Part shown: piece by piece, positions 33,571 to 46,235 of the stretch | How positions within the stretch are numbered: position 1 is the first letter of the stretch | Layout of the letters: each line of letters opens with the position of its first letter | NCBI RefSeq assembly: GCF_004010195.1 | Contig: NC_057750.1 | Location: forward strand, 5,967,400 to 6,022,368 | Reading direction: 5' to 3' | DNA: 54,969 nt | Source of the DNA: Chiloscyllium plagiosum | Taxonomy: Eukaryota | Made by a program: the position numbers and the translations under genes | The notes under the pieces: model-generated | Databases searched by the model: none | What the model was told of the DNA's origin: nothing | What the model saw: only the letters and a program-made list of their open reading frames with translations

Positions 33571-34749
33571 TGATAACCACCAGATTATCTGTTTTAGTGA
33601 TACCGCTCAAAAGATAAACATTGAGTCTTGATGTCAGGATATCTTTCTCACTCTGCTAGGAACCTGGCAGGAGGTCTCACCTCCATCTGGACAGACAGGG
33701 GGGGTCTCGATTTAGTGTCTCATTGAAGAAATGAGATACTCGGCAATACAGCACTCCATTGGTACTGCTCCAGATGAAGTGCTTAACTGTGGACCTTGAA
33801 ACCACAGCTTTGTGTCTTGGCTGCAAGACTGCTATCCTGGGACACAGCTGACAAGCTTATAAGCAGCAAAAGGGTTTCAAATTATGAAACCATCACAGCC
33901 ATAAGCGAGTTCAGAGGTAATTGCAGTGAGCGACCACATGGGAGATTAGCTAGTGCTTGAAAATTAAAAATGTGCATCTTTTCTCATTTCACCCATACCT
34001 GGTAGAGTCTGGACATCACATGTGCAAGAGGTACGACATTAGAGATTAAATAACTTTTCTACTTTAATCTTCTGAATACAATAACTAGAAAGCTCATAAA
34101 TCCTGGAAGAAAGGGTGCATTACAAATGGAAAAGCAATGACGTCAATAGCTCTCAATGTTGGGGTGAGTGAAAGGTCTACTTAATTATACAATGTTAGAG
34201 AGATTACTCAATCAAAGTTTAAGCCTGCAACACAAAAAAAAATGCCTCAAAGTTGTCTGGCCTATCCTCTTCAATGCAAAGCAATAACTCATGGAAATTT
34301 GCATACAATGTCATAATCCAATGTTGCTACTCAGTGTTTACCTCAGTTTACTATACGGTTGGTTTGCAAAGCAGAGTGATGCCGACATGGGTTCAATTCA
34401 CATCACCGGATGAGGTTACCACGAAGGACTCTCCTTCTCAACCTCTCCCTTCACCTGAGGTATTGTGATCCTCAGGTTAAATCACCCCTTGTCACCTCTC
34501 TCTCTCTCTAATGAGAGAACAGCCCTATAGTAAGGTAAGACTATGGCGACTTGACAGATTTGGTTAAGTGTACACCACCATCTTGGGAAGGTTTCACTCA
34601 CGAGTATAGATTGGACTGGCTGATCGTGCCATATTTGTTGCCATCCCTTTTTGCCTTTGAATCAAGTGGCTTGTTTGGGCCATTTCAAGTGGACAGGTAA
34701 GGGATCAATCACATTGCTGTCGGCCAAACCAGTTAAGAATGGCAGATCT

Positions 34750-35680
34750 AAGACTACAAAGGGATCTTGATCAATTGGGCTGAGGAGCGACAGGTGGATT
34801 TTAATTTGTATTAATGCGAAATATTGCATATTGGTAAAACAGTCAAGGGTAGGAGTTAGACAGTTATTGGTAGGGAATGCAAGGACTGCAGATGCTGGAG
34901 ATCAGAGTCGAGAGTGTGGCGCTGGAAAAGCACAGGTCAGGCAGCATCCGAGGAGCAGGAGAATTGACCCTTCATCATAATCCCTTCACCAGGGGCTTAT
35001 GATGAAGGGTGACCTTGGGGTTCAGGTGCATAGTTCATTGAAATGTAGTCACAGGTAGACAGGTGGTTAAGAAGGCATTTAGCACACCTGCCTTCAGTGC
35101 CCAGACCACCGAGTATCGGATCTGGGACGTCAGGTTGAGGTTGTACAAGGCATTAGAGATGCCACTTTTGGAATACTGAGCACAATTCTAGTCGTCCTGC
35201 TATAGGAAGAATATTAAGCTGGAAAGGGTTCAGAAAAGATTTACCAGGATGTTGCTGAGACTGGAGGGTTTGAGTTAAAGGGAGATACTGGGGACCTTTT
35301 CCACTGAAGCTAGGAGGTTGAGGGGTGACCGTATGAGGGGTACAGATAAGGAGAATGGCAGGTGTCTTTGCCCTCGGATGGGAGTTCAAGACTAGGGGTG
35401 ACATTTTTTAAATGAGAGGAGAAAGATTTAGAAAAATCATGAGGGACAGTTTTGTATTTTTTAAAATGCAGACAGTGGTTCGTGAATGGAATGAACTTCC
35501 AGAGGAAGTGGAGGAGGCACGTCCAGTTACAATGTTTAAAAGACATTTAGATAAGTTCACGAATAAGAAATATTTGGAGAGATATGGTCCAAGTGCAAGC
35601 AGGTGAGACTAGTTTAATTTGGGATTATAGTTGGCATGGACTAGGTGGACCAAAGGGTTTGTTATGCTGTGTGACTAAAT
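34750..35680 (+). mobile_element. CR1 LINE 3' fragment with Penelope-like insert at about 34878-35010
   Basis: [29 protein letters not shown]; insert contains GGTCAGGCAGCATCCGAGGAGCAGGAG. Confidence 0.85.
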
Positions 35681-35821
35681 GACGCTACAATCCACTACGT
35701 GCTGTGTGACTACATGACACTACAGTCCACTACATGAACTGCTCAGCACCACTTTCTGAAGGTTATAATCCAATTTGAAATTACACTTCCGAGTGCTGCT
35801 CCTTCGTGAGCTGAAGTGACT

Positions 35822-35858
35822 TCATCTGATGAAGGAACAGCGCTCTGAAAGCTTGTGA
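35822..35858 (+). ncRNA. minimal hammerhead ribozyme motif in a Penelope-like fragment (about 35757-35945)
   Basis: TCAT-CTGATGA-A-GGAAC-AGC-GCTCT-GAAAGCTT-GTGA: 4-bp stem I, intact core, stem II with one mismatch, palindromic AGCU stem III. Confidence 0.6.
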
Positions 35859-38507
35859 TTTCAAATAAACTTGTTGGACCATAACCTGGTGTCGCGTGAT
35901 TTCTGACTTTATCCAACCTCCATCCAATACTGAGAACTCCACATCACACCTTCTGAAGAGGCAATTAGGGTGCCCAGCGACACCCACATTCCATGAATTA
36001 ATTTAGGAAAACAATATGGCAGAGTGAAATGGCAAATCGGAGCATGAGGTAAGAATTAATGTTCAACTTCTCCAAGGTCAGAGTCAAAGCTGCAACCTTT
36101 TGACACGGAGATGTGCACGCTACATGAGGAGGCTTGGTTGACCATTCCACAACCTCACTACAACCCAGAGGGCTCTGGGCCAGAGTAGCCATTTCAGATT
36201 CCCACCAAACTCAGCTTACTCTTGTGCCAAATGCCTCTTGTCAAAGTAGTTAACATACTTAAATGGAAACGCAGCAATGCCCCACACCCCCAGCACTGCA
36301 ACGTTACATCAGCTGGGAGCCCACATCAAATTCCACGTTGAATCACTCCATAGAAACCTGCAAAAGGCTGACACAACAGCAAGGAATCAAAATCAATGCC
36401 TTGTCAATCTGTCATACCCTGCACAGCTGCCAGACAATGTCAGGGCTTTGAATGACTACAATGTATTTTTATCGTTGGGATCAATATACCCGAGGGAGAG
36501 GTGGGTTAATTAGCCTGACAGGTACATCCCTCCCCCACACACACCTCCCTCACCCCAGGGCACAATTGTCCTCAGTTTGCACCCTTCACATGAACCGTCA
36601 AGTACTGAGACTCAAAGCTGGTTCTCTGCTGACAAATTGCATGTCTTACAGAACTTCAGAACAAGCAGAGGCCTTTCAGCCCATCAAACTTATTCCTTCA
36701 ACATGACTGGAGCATGCCTGATGTTCACTGTCATCCTTTCCCGGGGGGTGGTGAGTGGGGTTAGTGAGTGTGTGGTGGTTAGGGGAGAATAGAGAAGGGG
36801 TGGGGGTGGGAAGAGAAGAGGACAGGGCTGGGGGTGGGTAGAGGAGAGTAGGCTGGGGGCCAGGGAGAGCTAGGGGAGAAGAGAAATGAACCCACATCAT
36901 ATGGACTCCAGTGGCTCAAGATGGGGTCAACTTATTATCACCTTCTCAAGGCCCATGTTCAGCCAGCAATACACACATCCACGTACCAACAAAGAAATAA
37001 AAGCATTTACATATCTCGATTCCACTTTCCTAACCTCATTCCACAGTCTCAGTTTGAGATTTTTCATTTGACCTCAGCCTAGCCAGAGTAGTGAGTTCCA
37101 GGGTTTTCAGTGCCTTGCCTCTGAAGAAGTGCTTTGCTGAAAGACTAAAGCATTTTATTTTGCATTCTATGGCTGCAAACGTTTACACATATTTTCTTAC
37201 AATTTACTTTTGTAATGAGGTCATTATTGGCAATGTCCACATTCAATAGACTGCACTGAAGGAACCTCAAAACCAGGAGTTCATCTGCTATCTTAATGCC
37301 ATATCCCCACTTTCACTACCTCTTGATCCATTGAAATATCTGAAAAATTATCAATGTCTTTCTTGGATATATTCAATGACCTGGTTTCCACAGCTTTCTG
37401 TGGTAGAGAATTCCACAGGTTCACTACCTTTTGAGTGAAGAATTGTTTATTTATCTCAGTCCCTAATGGTCTATCTTGTAACCCAAGGCTCTGACTCTTG
37501 ATTCTATACTTCCCAAGCAGGGGTAACACCCTCCCTGCATCTAGTCTGTCCATTCTTATTAGAATTTTACACATTTCAATCAGATCCCTCCTCATCCTTC
37601 TACACTGTAGTGAGTACAGGCCCAGTCGAACCAATCTCTCCTCTTAACATGATGGTGAGCTGTTTTCTTGGTCCACATGGTGTTCTGGAGAGACAAGAGG
37701 CAAGTTATTCGACCCAGAACTCTCAGCCTCCAACCTGATGCTTCAGCCATGATGCTGACACGTCTGACCCAGTCCAGTTTCTGGGCAGTGGAGATCTCCA
37801 TGGATGCTGACGTTGGGGGATTCAGTGATGGCAATGCCATTGAATGTTGCTCTTCTGTCCACTGGGAATTCAGGGCATGGGCTCGCAAGATGTGGCACTC
37901 TACATACTCGCCAATAGCTACCTCTCCTGATCTCTATCCTCGAGCCTCCTCCCAGGACTGAGCACTATTACCCCATGAGTTGTTGGTCGATAGAGGGTGG
38001 TGTTCAGCATGAGGGACAGTGATATAGATCGAGACCACTGGCTTCAGTCCTGCATAGTGACCTCTGATGCATGTGCTGGATCAAGGGTAGAGCTGTAAAC
38101 ACTGATAGGGTTCAGAGCCAACCACTACTGGAAGAGAAGGAGAAATGATGCAGCCTGCCAATGTTTCATAGCTGGATCTTTGTTATATTTCCCACAGTCA
38201 GCATTATCCATAATTTCTAAGAGACAATTTTGCCCAATGTTTGATATGCCCCGAGGCATGTCACAGTGTCCCTTTTAAAATCGACACTCCCTAGCACAGT
38301 CAGATGCTAAAAAAGACACAGAATTTGCTGATTTGCCAATTCGTCCAAAGTCACACTCCCAAAGGTGTGAGCCATACTCCACCATAGGTCACAATGAACA
38401 TCAACCTCACCTTGAGTCAAGGTGGGTTCAAATCCCTTTCCTTCAGCACAAAAAGCCAGGCTGATGCTCCACTGCATTGAAGAGGGAGTGCTGTGCTGTC
38501 AGAGGTA

Positions 38508-38950
38508 CAGGTATCCCCTGCTTTCAGAACGTTTGCTTTACGCCAAATCGCTTTGACGAAAGATCCACTTTAGTACCTGTTTTCGCTAACCGAAAGAAGA
38601 TCTTCGCTTTTCGAGAAAGCTTGCGCAGCAAGTATGGCGCCTTCCCCAGGAACTACACTCAGCATCAAGCTGCCATAACTTTGAACTGCGTCTGTGAGCA
38701 TCCATGCTTCATCTCGATTTATTTTGTGTGTCCATTTGCAAGAGGTGTCCTAATGTACACCACCCCAACCTGACGGCCTTTACTATAATGTTAGCATTAG
38801 TTTCAGTTTGGTGTTATTTGGTATTTTGGGTCTGAGAACGCTCAAAAATTATTCCATATAAATTAATGGTAATTGCTTCTTCGCTTTACACCATTTCAGC
38901 TAACAAACAGTTTCAAAGGAATGCTCTACCCTCGGAAAACAGGATATCTG
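38508..38950. mobile_element. Tc1/mariner (Tigger/pogo-like) MITE, 443 bp
   Basis: TA|CAGGTATCCCCTGCTTTC ... GAAAACAGGATATCTG|TA: imperfect terminal inverted repeats and TA duplication; interrupts a Deu-domain SINE-like sequence that reads through when the element is removed. Confidence 0.8.
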
Positions 38951-39045
38951 TACTGCCTTTTGGAATGACGTGTTAAATCACGGTCCTCTCAGGTGAGCAC
39001 GAGGCAAAGGAGCAGGTGAGCCCTCAGTCGCTGGACAATACTTAC

Positions 39046-39131
39046 CTGACCTTGACAAGCCATACAGAATTTTAAATTTCCCTTTCAAATGGATGGGAAG
39101 GGCACAAAAGGAACAATGATGCTGACCAGAC
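39046..39131 (-). other. possible non-coding leader exon (86 nt)
   Basis: Strong acceptor acatctttttcag|G and consensus donor CAG|gtaagt 86 nt apart; no other support. Confidence 0.25.
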
Positions 39132-39409
39132 CTGAAAAAGATGTACAAGGTGGCCTCTTTCCTCATTAGAAAGAAAATGAGGGGTGTGATGAGGTGGAGA
39201 TTCCTAACAGTTACAATTGGTTTGGAGGAGACAGCATCGCTAGACTATTAATCTAGAGTGTGAAGGAATATTCTGGGGACTCTGCTGATCCAGCTACAGC
39301 AGATATTGAAATCAATACAAATCTGAAGTAATCTAATGATCATGAAACTGTTGTCAACTATCAGAATAACCCATCTGGTACACTCATGCACCTTTAGGAA
39401 AGTTACAGA

Positions 39410-40800
39410 AGCAGATTTAGGCCAATCGGCCCATCAAGTCTCTTCCGTTATTCAATGATGCCCGATGTTTCTCAATCCTATTCTCCTGCCTTCGCCGTGT
39501 AATCTTTGATTCCCCCCCCCCCCCGCCGTACAAAGCAAGAGCCTCTCTCACTTTCTTAAGTACACTTGAAAGACTTGACCTCCACAGTGTTCTGCGCAAT
39601 GAGTCCAACAGATTCCCCATCCTCTAGCTGGAGAGATTTCTCCTCATCTCAGTTCTAAATGGTCATCCTTTCGTTCTGAGGCCGTGCTCTTGGGTCCTAG
39701 TCTCTCTTACAGGTAGGAGCATCCTCTCCACATCCACTCTCAGTATTTTATAAGTTTCAATCAAATCCCCCCCCACCTCATCCTCTAACCTCCATAGAGT
39801 ACAGACCCAGAGTCCTCAACCGCTCCTCATACTGACAAGCCCTTCATTCTGGGATCATTCTTGTAAACTTCCTCCAAGGCCAGTACGTCCTTCTGTAATG
39901 TTAGAAAATTAAATTGTACTCTCTCTCTGGACATTAATGTAATATTAAAGGGTGAAACTGCACTATCTCCCACTTCATTTGGGCAGCTATTTACTACTCT
40001 CCTACTGCTATTATCAATAGCAACTCTCATTCAGCCTCTTCCATTCAGAAATACTTTCATAGCCAACCCCCAGCATATCAAATTCATTTGCTTGATCATC
40101 CCCCCTGATACTGAAGTATATCACACCTACATTGTCCGGGGATGTAGCAGAGCCAGTACTCCTTTGTAGGGCCACCCCAAAGCTAGGACTTATCACACCT
40201 ACATTGTCTTGGAGAATCACTCAGGAAATTGTTTGCACAACGATTCCCCAGGATTAGGGCATTTACATTTACGTTATCTCCAAGGATGACCTCATCTGGG
40301 GTAACGTGGTTATGGGGGCAGGGAGTGGCCAGAGTACCTGTGAGCATTACCGACTGACCTGTATAACAGAGATGTCTTTCCTTTATTCAAGGCCTCATTT
40401 TGACTCACCTTCACACGCCCGAAGAATGTCAAAAGCCGGGGGGGGGTCACCTAGCTTGTACAGTCTTCAATAAACTTTAACTGTTTGCAGAAGTTGGTGT
40501 GCGAGAATTGCAGCTCATGTGTGAAACCTTGGGGAAAGAACCTAACACTTCCTAAGATAGGGGACCCAAAATTACTCAATATCCAAAATGCGGTCTGACC
40601 AAAGCCCTATACAGCCTTAGCAGCACAAGCTTGCTCTTGTGTTCTACCCCTCTTCAAATTAATGCTAACATTGCATTTGCCTTCCTAACTGCCAACTGAA
40701 CCTGTGTGTTACTCTTAAGGGAATCCTGAACTATGGCTCTCAAGGCCCTTTGTGCATCAGATTTCCTAAACTCTTCACAATTTAGAAAACAGGTTACGCC
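39410..40800 (-). mobile_element. CR1 LINE fragment split by a solo LTR
   Basis: Colinear with 42815-43580 on both sides of 39894-40547. Confidence 0.85.
39894..40547 (+). mobile_element. solo LTR, 654 bp
   Basis: TG...CA ends, exact 4-bp target duplication CTTC (39890-39893 and 40548-40551), AATAAA at 40469-40474, host CR1 resumes precisely. Confidence 0.85.
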
Positions 40801-41167
40801 TCTTTCCTTCCAGGCCTGCTGAGTTTCTCCAGTAGTTTCTGCTTTTGTTTCAGACTTTCAGCATCTGCAGTCCTTTGTTTTAGACAATGTTACACACCCT
40901 CCTTTGTGCTAATCCAAGCTCACATTAACACTCCCTGCAATACATTAGCTACAGAAGGAAACCGCACAGCTGTCAACAAGGTATGAACTAAAAGGACTTG
41001 GTGCAGATGAAAACATTGTTCAGTCAGGGTAATGAAAGGAACCCGAACAGCTGCACAAACTGACTCACTGCAAAACTTTGAACAGGTTAAACCTTATCTT
41101 CACACCAAAATGTCATCAGGGTAGGGCATGTCAACATTTGCAGTTTGATCTTGGACAACTCTCAAAC

Positions 41168-41462
41168 CAGTGGTTAGCATTGCTGCCTCACAGCACCAGG
41201 GTTCAACTTCACCTTCAGGCGACCATCTGTGTGGAGTTTGCACATTCTCCCAGTGTCTGCGTGGGTTTCCTCCTTCAGTCCAAAGACGTGCAGGTTAGGT
41301 TGACTGGCCATGCTAATTACCCATAGAGTGCAGAGATATGCGGGCCAGGTGGGTTAACAATGGCAAGTGTGGAGTTACAGAATAGGGTGGGATGCTCTTC
41401 ACTAGGGCGGTGCAGACTTGATGGGCCGAATAGCCTCCATCTGCACTGTAGCAATTCTATGA
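41168..41462 (+). mobile_element. HE1-type SINE, diverged
   Basis: CAGTGGTTAGCA head, TGTGGAGTTTGCACATTCTCCC core. Confidence 0.8.
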
Positions 41463-41926
41463 TGCTAAAAGAAGCAGGAAAAATAAACATCACTGCAACA
41501 TATTGAATTGTACCTAGTTAACTTCAGGGCAATCATCCCAACGAGTTCTTTCACGTTTTTAATAGAATAAAACAGTTACAGCACAGGAGGTGGCAATTCA
41601 GTCCCTAACATCCATGCTGCCCCACCATAGGAGCAACTCATCTGGTCCCTCCTCTCTATAGCTCTGCAATTGCTCTTCAGACAATGAGCCAATCCCCTTT
41701 TGAACACCATAAACAAACCTGCATCTATAACACTCATGAGCAATGCAGCCCAGAGACCCAAAGGCAGGTTAACCGACCAACTACTGCAAATAATTTAGCC
41801 GCCTGCCTCATTACCATTTGTTGTACCTTGATGTGACAGAAATGGCTTTGTCGCTTGACTAGAAATGATACCACACTTCAAAAGCAATATTCTGCACACA
41901 TGATCCTCAATTACCCCTCTCCCTCA

Positions 41927-42619
41927 TGTTATGAAGTGTACGCAAGAACTGTACCTTTAAGAGAGTTGAAAAGCTGGCAAGGACTGATTGCAAGCATAGA
42001 GAGTGCAGAAGAATTTAAAATGTAACATTTGACTGTGAAACCAATAGTGCATCTGAGTTGCCATGGAACAAAAACAAATTTAAATTATGCCCCAGATACC
42101 AAAATCCAATTGAATTTGAATTTTACTGTTTGGGATGACATCAAACCAATGAAATGATCAGATGTTCTGGGGTATAAAATTGGACATTTTGAACAGTTGG
42201 TGGAGAACAGCAACAAGTGCCAACAAACTGACTACTAGCCAAATAACTCTCTGAAAGGTACCTGACTCTAAGAAATTTGTGCAGAACACCAAAGTTGATC
42301 CGAGGAACCTACAGAGAAAGTTCGACATCCGAATACTATAACTGGGTTTGAAACTGATTTCGCCGCAAATTTAAAAGGGAATTTATTGGACCAGTATTGT
42401 AAATTAGGAGGTAAAAGATAGGTTTAAGAGAAAGGAGTTGTAAATAGCTGTTGTGTTAATGCTCTCTGTTGGACTTAAAGAATACAACTGTCAATTTTCC
42501 GTTAAATAATGACCTCTGGGATAATTCTTTGCTGCTCAAAATTTAACAGATTATGGGATAAGGTGACTGTGTGTGTGTTGGGTTTAAATTAGCAGAGCGG
42601 TTTACCCAGTGTCATAACA
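41927..42619 (+). mobile_element. solo LTR (Gypsy-like), 693 bp
   Basis: TGTTATGA...TCATAACA 8-bp terminal inverted repeat, flanks CTCA/ATCA, TATAAAA at 42173-42179. Confidence 0.75.
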
Positions 42620-42814
42620 ATCAGCATAACCTCCCTCACTGACACCTCCCCAATGTTTTCTCTCCCTCGTAATTATTTCTGCTCCTTCACTGCGTCTCTG
42701 CTCCTTGCTATGACCTATGGACATACAATTAGGGAGCAGCCCAGTTGGGGCAGCCTGCTCTGCCATTCGAGATGACCATTGCCGATCTGACAGAGTCATC
42801 AATTGCTCATTTAA

Positions 42815-44522
42815 GACCATAAGACATAGAAGCAGAAATTAGGCCATTCAAGCCATCATGTCTGCTTCACCATACAATCATGGCTGATAAGTTTCTCAAT
42901 CCCATTCTCCTGCTCTCTCCGGGTAACTCTCAATCCCCTTTACAATCAAGAACCTATCTACCTCAGTCCTAAATATACTCAACAACCTGGCCTCCACAGC
43001 CTTCTATGGCAATGAATTCCATAGATTCACCACTCTCGCACTGAAAATGTCTCTCCTTATCTCTATCCTAAAAGGTACTCCCTTTACTCTAAGGCTGCAC
43101 CCTTGGGTCCTAGTATCTCCTACCAATGGAAACATCTTCCCAATATCCACTCTGTCCAGGCCATTCCGTATTCTGTACATTTCAACTAGAACCCTGCCAT
43201 CCTTCTAAACTCCGTCGAGTATGGACCCAGAGTCCTCAAACGTTCTTCATATGTTAAGCTTCTCATTCCTGGGACCATTCTTGTGCACCTCCTCTGAACA
43301 TGCTCCAGGGCCAGTACATCCTCCCTGAGATATGGGGCCCAAACTGCGCACAATACTCCAAATGTGGTCTGACCAGAGTCTTATAGAGCCTCAGAGGTAC
43401 ATCCCTGCTTTTATATTCAAGTCCTCTAAAGGTAAACACCATCATTGCATTTGGCTTCCTAACTACTGACTCAACCTGTAAGTTTACCTTGAGACACTCC
43501 GGACTAGAACTCCCAAGTCTCTTTGCACTTCAGACTTCTGAATTTTCTCACCATTTAGAAAATAGTCCATGCCTCTATTCTTCCTACCAAAGTGCATGAC
43601 CTCATACTTTCCCACATTGTACTCCATCTGCCACTTCTTTGCCCAATCTCCTAATCTGTCCAAATCCTCCCAGTTTCCTCAATGCTACCTCTCCCTTGAT
43701 CTATCTTTGTATCATCTGCAAACTGAGCCAGAATGCCCCCAGTTCCTTCATCTGGATTGTTAATGTATAAAGTGAAAAGTTATGGTCCCAACACAGCCTT
43801 GCAGAACACGACTTGGCACCAGCTGCCATCCTGAGAAGGACCCTCTGCTTTCTGCCAAACAGCCAAGCTTCTCTCCATGCTAGCACCTTTTGCCTCTGAC
43901 ACCATGGGCCCTTATCTTACCCAGCAGCCTCCTGTGTGACACCTTCTCAAAGACTTTCTTGAAGTCCAAGTAGATAACATCCATTGGTTCTCCTTGGTCT
44001 AACCTCCTTGTTACCTCCTCAAAAGAATTCAAGAGGAGGTTGTACCTGGCAAAACTAGATGAAACTATGTTGACTTTGCCCTATTTACCATATACTTCCA
44101 AGTATTCAAAAATCTCATCCTTCACGATGGATTCCAGGATCTGACCCACATCTGAGGTTAGGCTAACTGGTCTGTAATTTTCCATTTTTTGCCTTACTCC
44201 CTTTTAAACAGGGGTGTCACATTAGCAATTTCCAGTCCTCTGGGACCCTCCCTGTTTCTAACAATTCCTGAAAGATCACCACTAAAACCTCCACTATCTC
44301 TTTAGCTATCGCCCTTACAACTCTGGGGTGTAGTCGATCTAGTCCAGGTAATGTATCCAGCTTCATGCCATTCAGTTTTTCTTGCACTTTCTCCTTGATG
44401 ATAGCCACTGTACCCACCTCTGCCCCCCCCCACTCACGAATTTTTGGGAAATTATTCATGTCTTCCACCTTGAAGACTGACACAAAGTAATTATTCAGCT
44501 CCTCAGCCATTCCCTTGTTCCC
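42815..44522 (-). mobile_element. longest CR1 LINE fragment (about 1.7 kb of frameshifted ORF2 plus 3' tail)
   Basis: AEELNNYFVSVF, PGLDRLHPRVV, GRVPEDWK, LRLYKTLVRPHLEYCAQF peptides in different frames. Confidence 0.93.
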
Positions 44523-44654
44523 CACTCCTCTCTCTCCAACAGGGAACAAAGAAATGGCTGAGGAACTGAATTTCCACCCATCCTCACCTCTCCTAAAATT
44601 CCTTTGTCAAGAATCTACTTCCAATTTAGAAATATTCAGTAACCCCACCTTTAT

Positions 44655-44955
44655 AAGATCATAAGGGTAGGGTAAATAGATAAGGTCTTTTCCCTGGGAT
44701 GGGGGAGTCCAGAACTAGAGGGTAAAGGTTTATGGTGACAGGGGAGAGATTTAAAAGGGACCTAAGGGGTAACTTTTTCACTCAGAGGGTGGTGAGAGTA
44801 TGGAATGAGCTGCCAGAGAAAGTGGTGCAGGCTGGTACAATTACAGCATTTAAAAGGCATCTGGATGGGTTTAGAGGGATATGGGCCAAGTGCCGGCAAA
44901 TGGGACTAGATTAGTTTAGGCTATCTGGTCATTCAGTGCTGTACATCTCTGCGAC
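44655..44955 (+). mobile_element. CR1 LINE 3' fragment
   Basis: [29 protein letters not shown]. Confidence 0.9.
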
Positions 44956-45596
44956 CTTACTCTCTGCAGAAGACAGTCTCAAAGACTCGTGACCCTCACA
45001 GGGAGAGAAAATCTGTCTGAGATAGAACACCTTTATTTTTCAACCACATTCCAGTCTCTTGCACAAGGGAAAATCATCCTTGCAATCATGTAATCATCTT
45101 AGGATCTTATAAGTGTGAGACAAGATGTGGGGAATATATATATATATATATAAGTAACATTAAGGTCCCATATAATAATCATTGAGATGTACTGCACAGA
45201 ATCAGACTCTTCAGTCCAACTCATCCGTGCTGACAAGACATCCTAAACTAATCTAGTTCCATTTGCCAGCACTTGACCCATATTCCTCTCAACCCTTCCT
45301 ATTCATGTACCCAATATGTTGTCTCACATTTTATAAACGGTAACAGTTTGCACACCGACACACACACACACACACCAACACACACTCCCCAAGCAATAGC
45401 TTCCTGAAAGAAATGGCCCGGAGAGTTCCAAGTCAGGACAGCCCGCACCTTGGAGGGAACACATAGTTTGCCCTCGACTTTCAGGCTGGTGCTTTACATC
45501 TGAAACACTCAACAGTCATCGGAGCTGGTGGAGTCATACATCACAGGGTGAGTTGGGAAAGAGGGAGGGATAGCAGGGCAGACAATAGAACCACAG

Positions 45597-46235
45597 GATC
45601 CCTACAATGGAGGTAGTAGTGACCATTCAGCCCATGCATGGACCAACCTCCAAACAGCACCCCACCCAGGCCCAGCCCCAACCCTTATATCCAATAACCT
45701 TACATTTATCAATGGCCAATCCACCCTAACCTGCACATCTTTGGACTGTAGGAGGAAACCAGAGCACCCAGAGGGAACCCACACAGACACGGGGAAAACT
45801 CCACATTGACAGCTACCCGAGGCTGGAATCGAACCCGGATCCTGTGTTAGCAGTGTTAACCACAAGCTACCTGTTTACCACTGCCAAGGTTGGAATCTTG
45901 CCACTTAAGTTTCTTTCTGGAATGTGTTAAAGATCAAAACGAGACAGGGGTAGGCAGGAATGCAGATTTGAGAATTCAATTAGATTAGATTACCTATAGT
46001 GTGGAAACAGGCCCTTCGGCCCAACCAGTCCACCATGACCCTCCGAAGAGCAACCCACCCAGACCCATTTCCCTCTGACTAATACACCTAACACTATTGA
46101 CAATTTAGCAAAGGCCAATTCACCTGACCTGCACATCTTGGGACTGTGGGAGGAAACCGGCGCAGACACGGGGAGAATGTGCACACTCCACACAGACAGT
46201 TGCCAGAGGCTGGAATCAAACTTGGGACCCTGGAT
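45597..46235 (-). mobile_element. two HE1-type SINEs (about 45597-45865 and 45978-46235)
   Basis: Core and tail motifs in both. Confidence 0.82.

Noticed and set aside
36699..36719. p53/p63-like element CAACATGACT-G-GAGCATGCCT
   Set aside because: Only one good half-site, two mismatches and a spacer in the other, within a decayed repeat; expected by chance in 55 kb.
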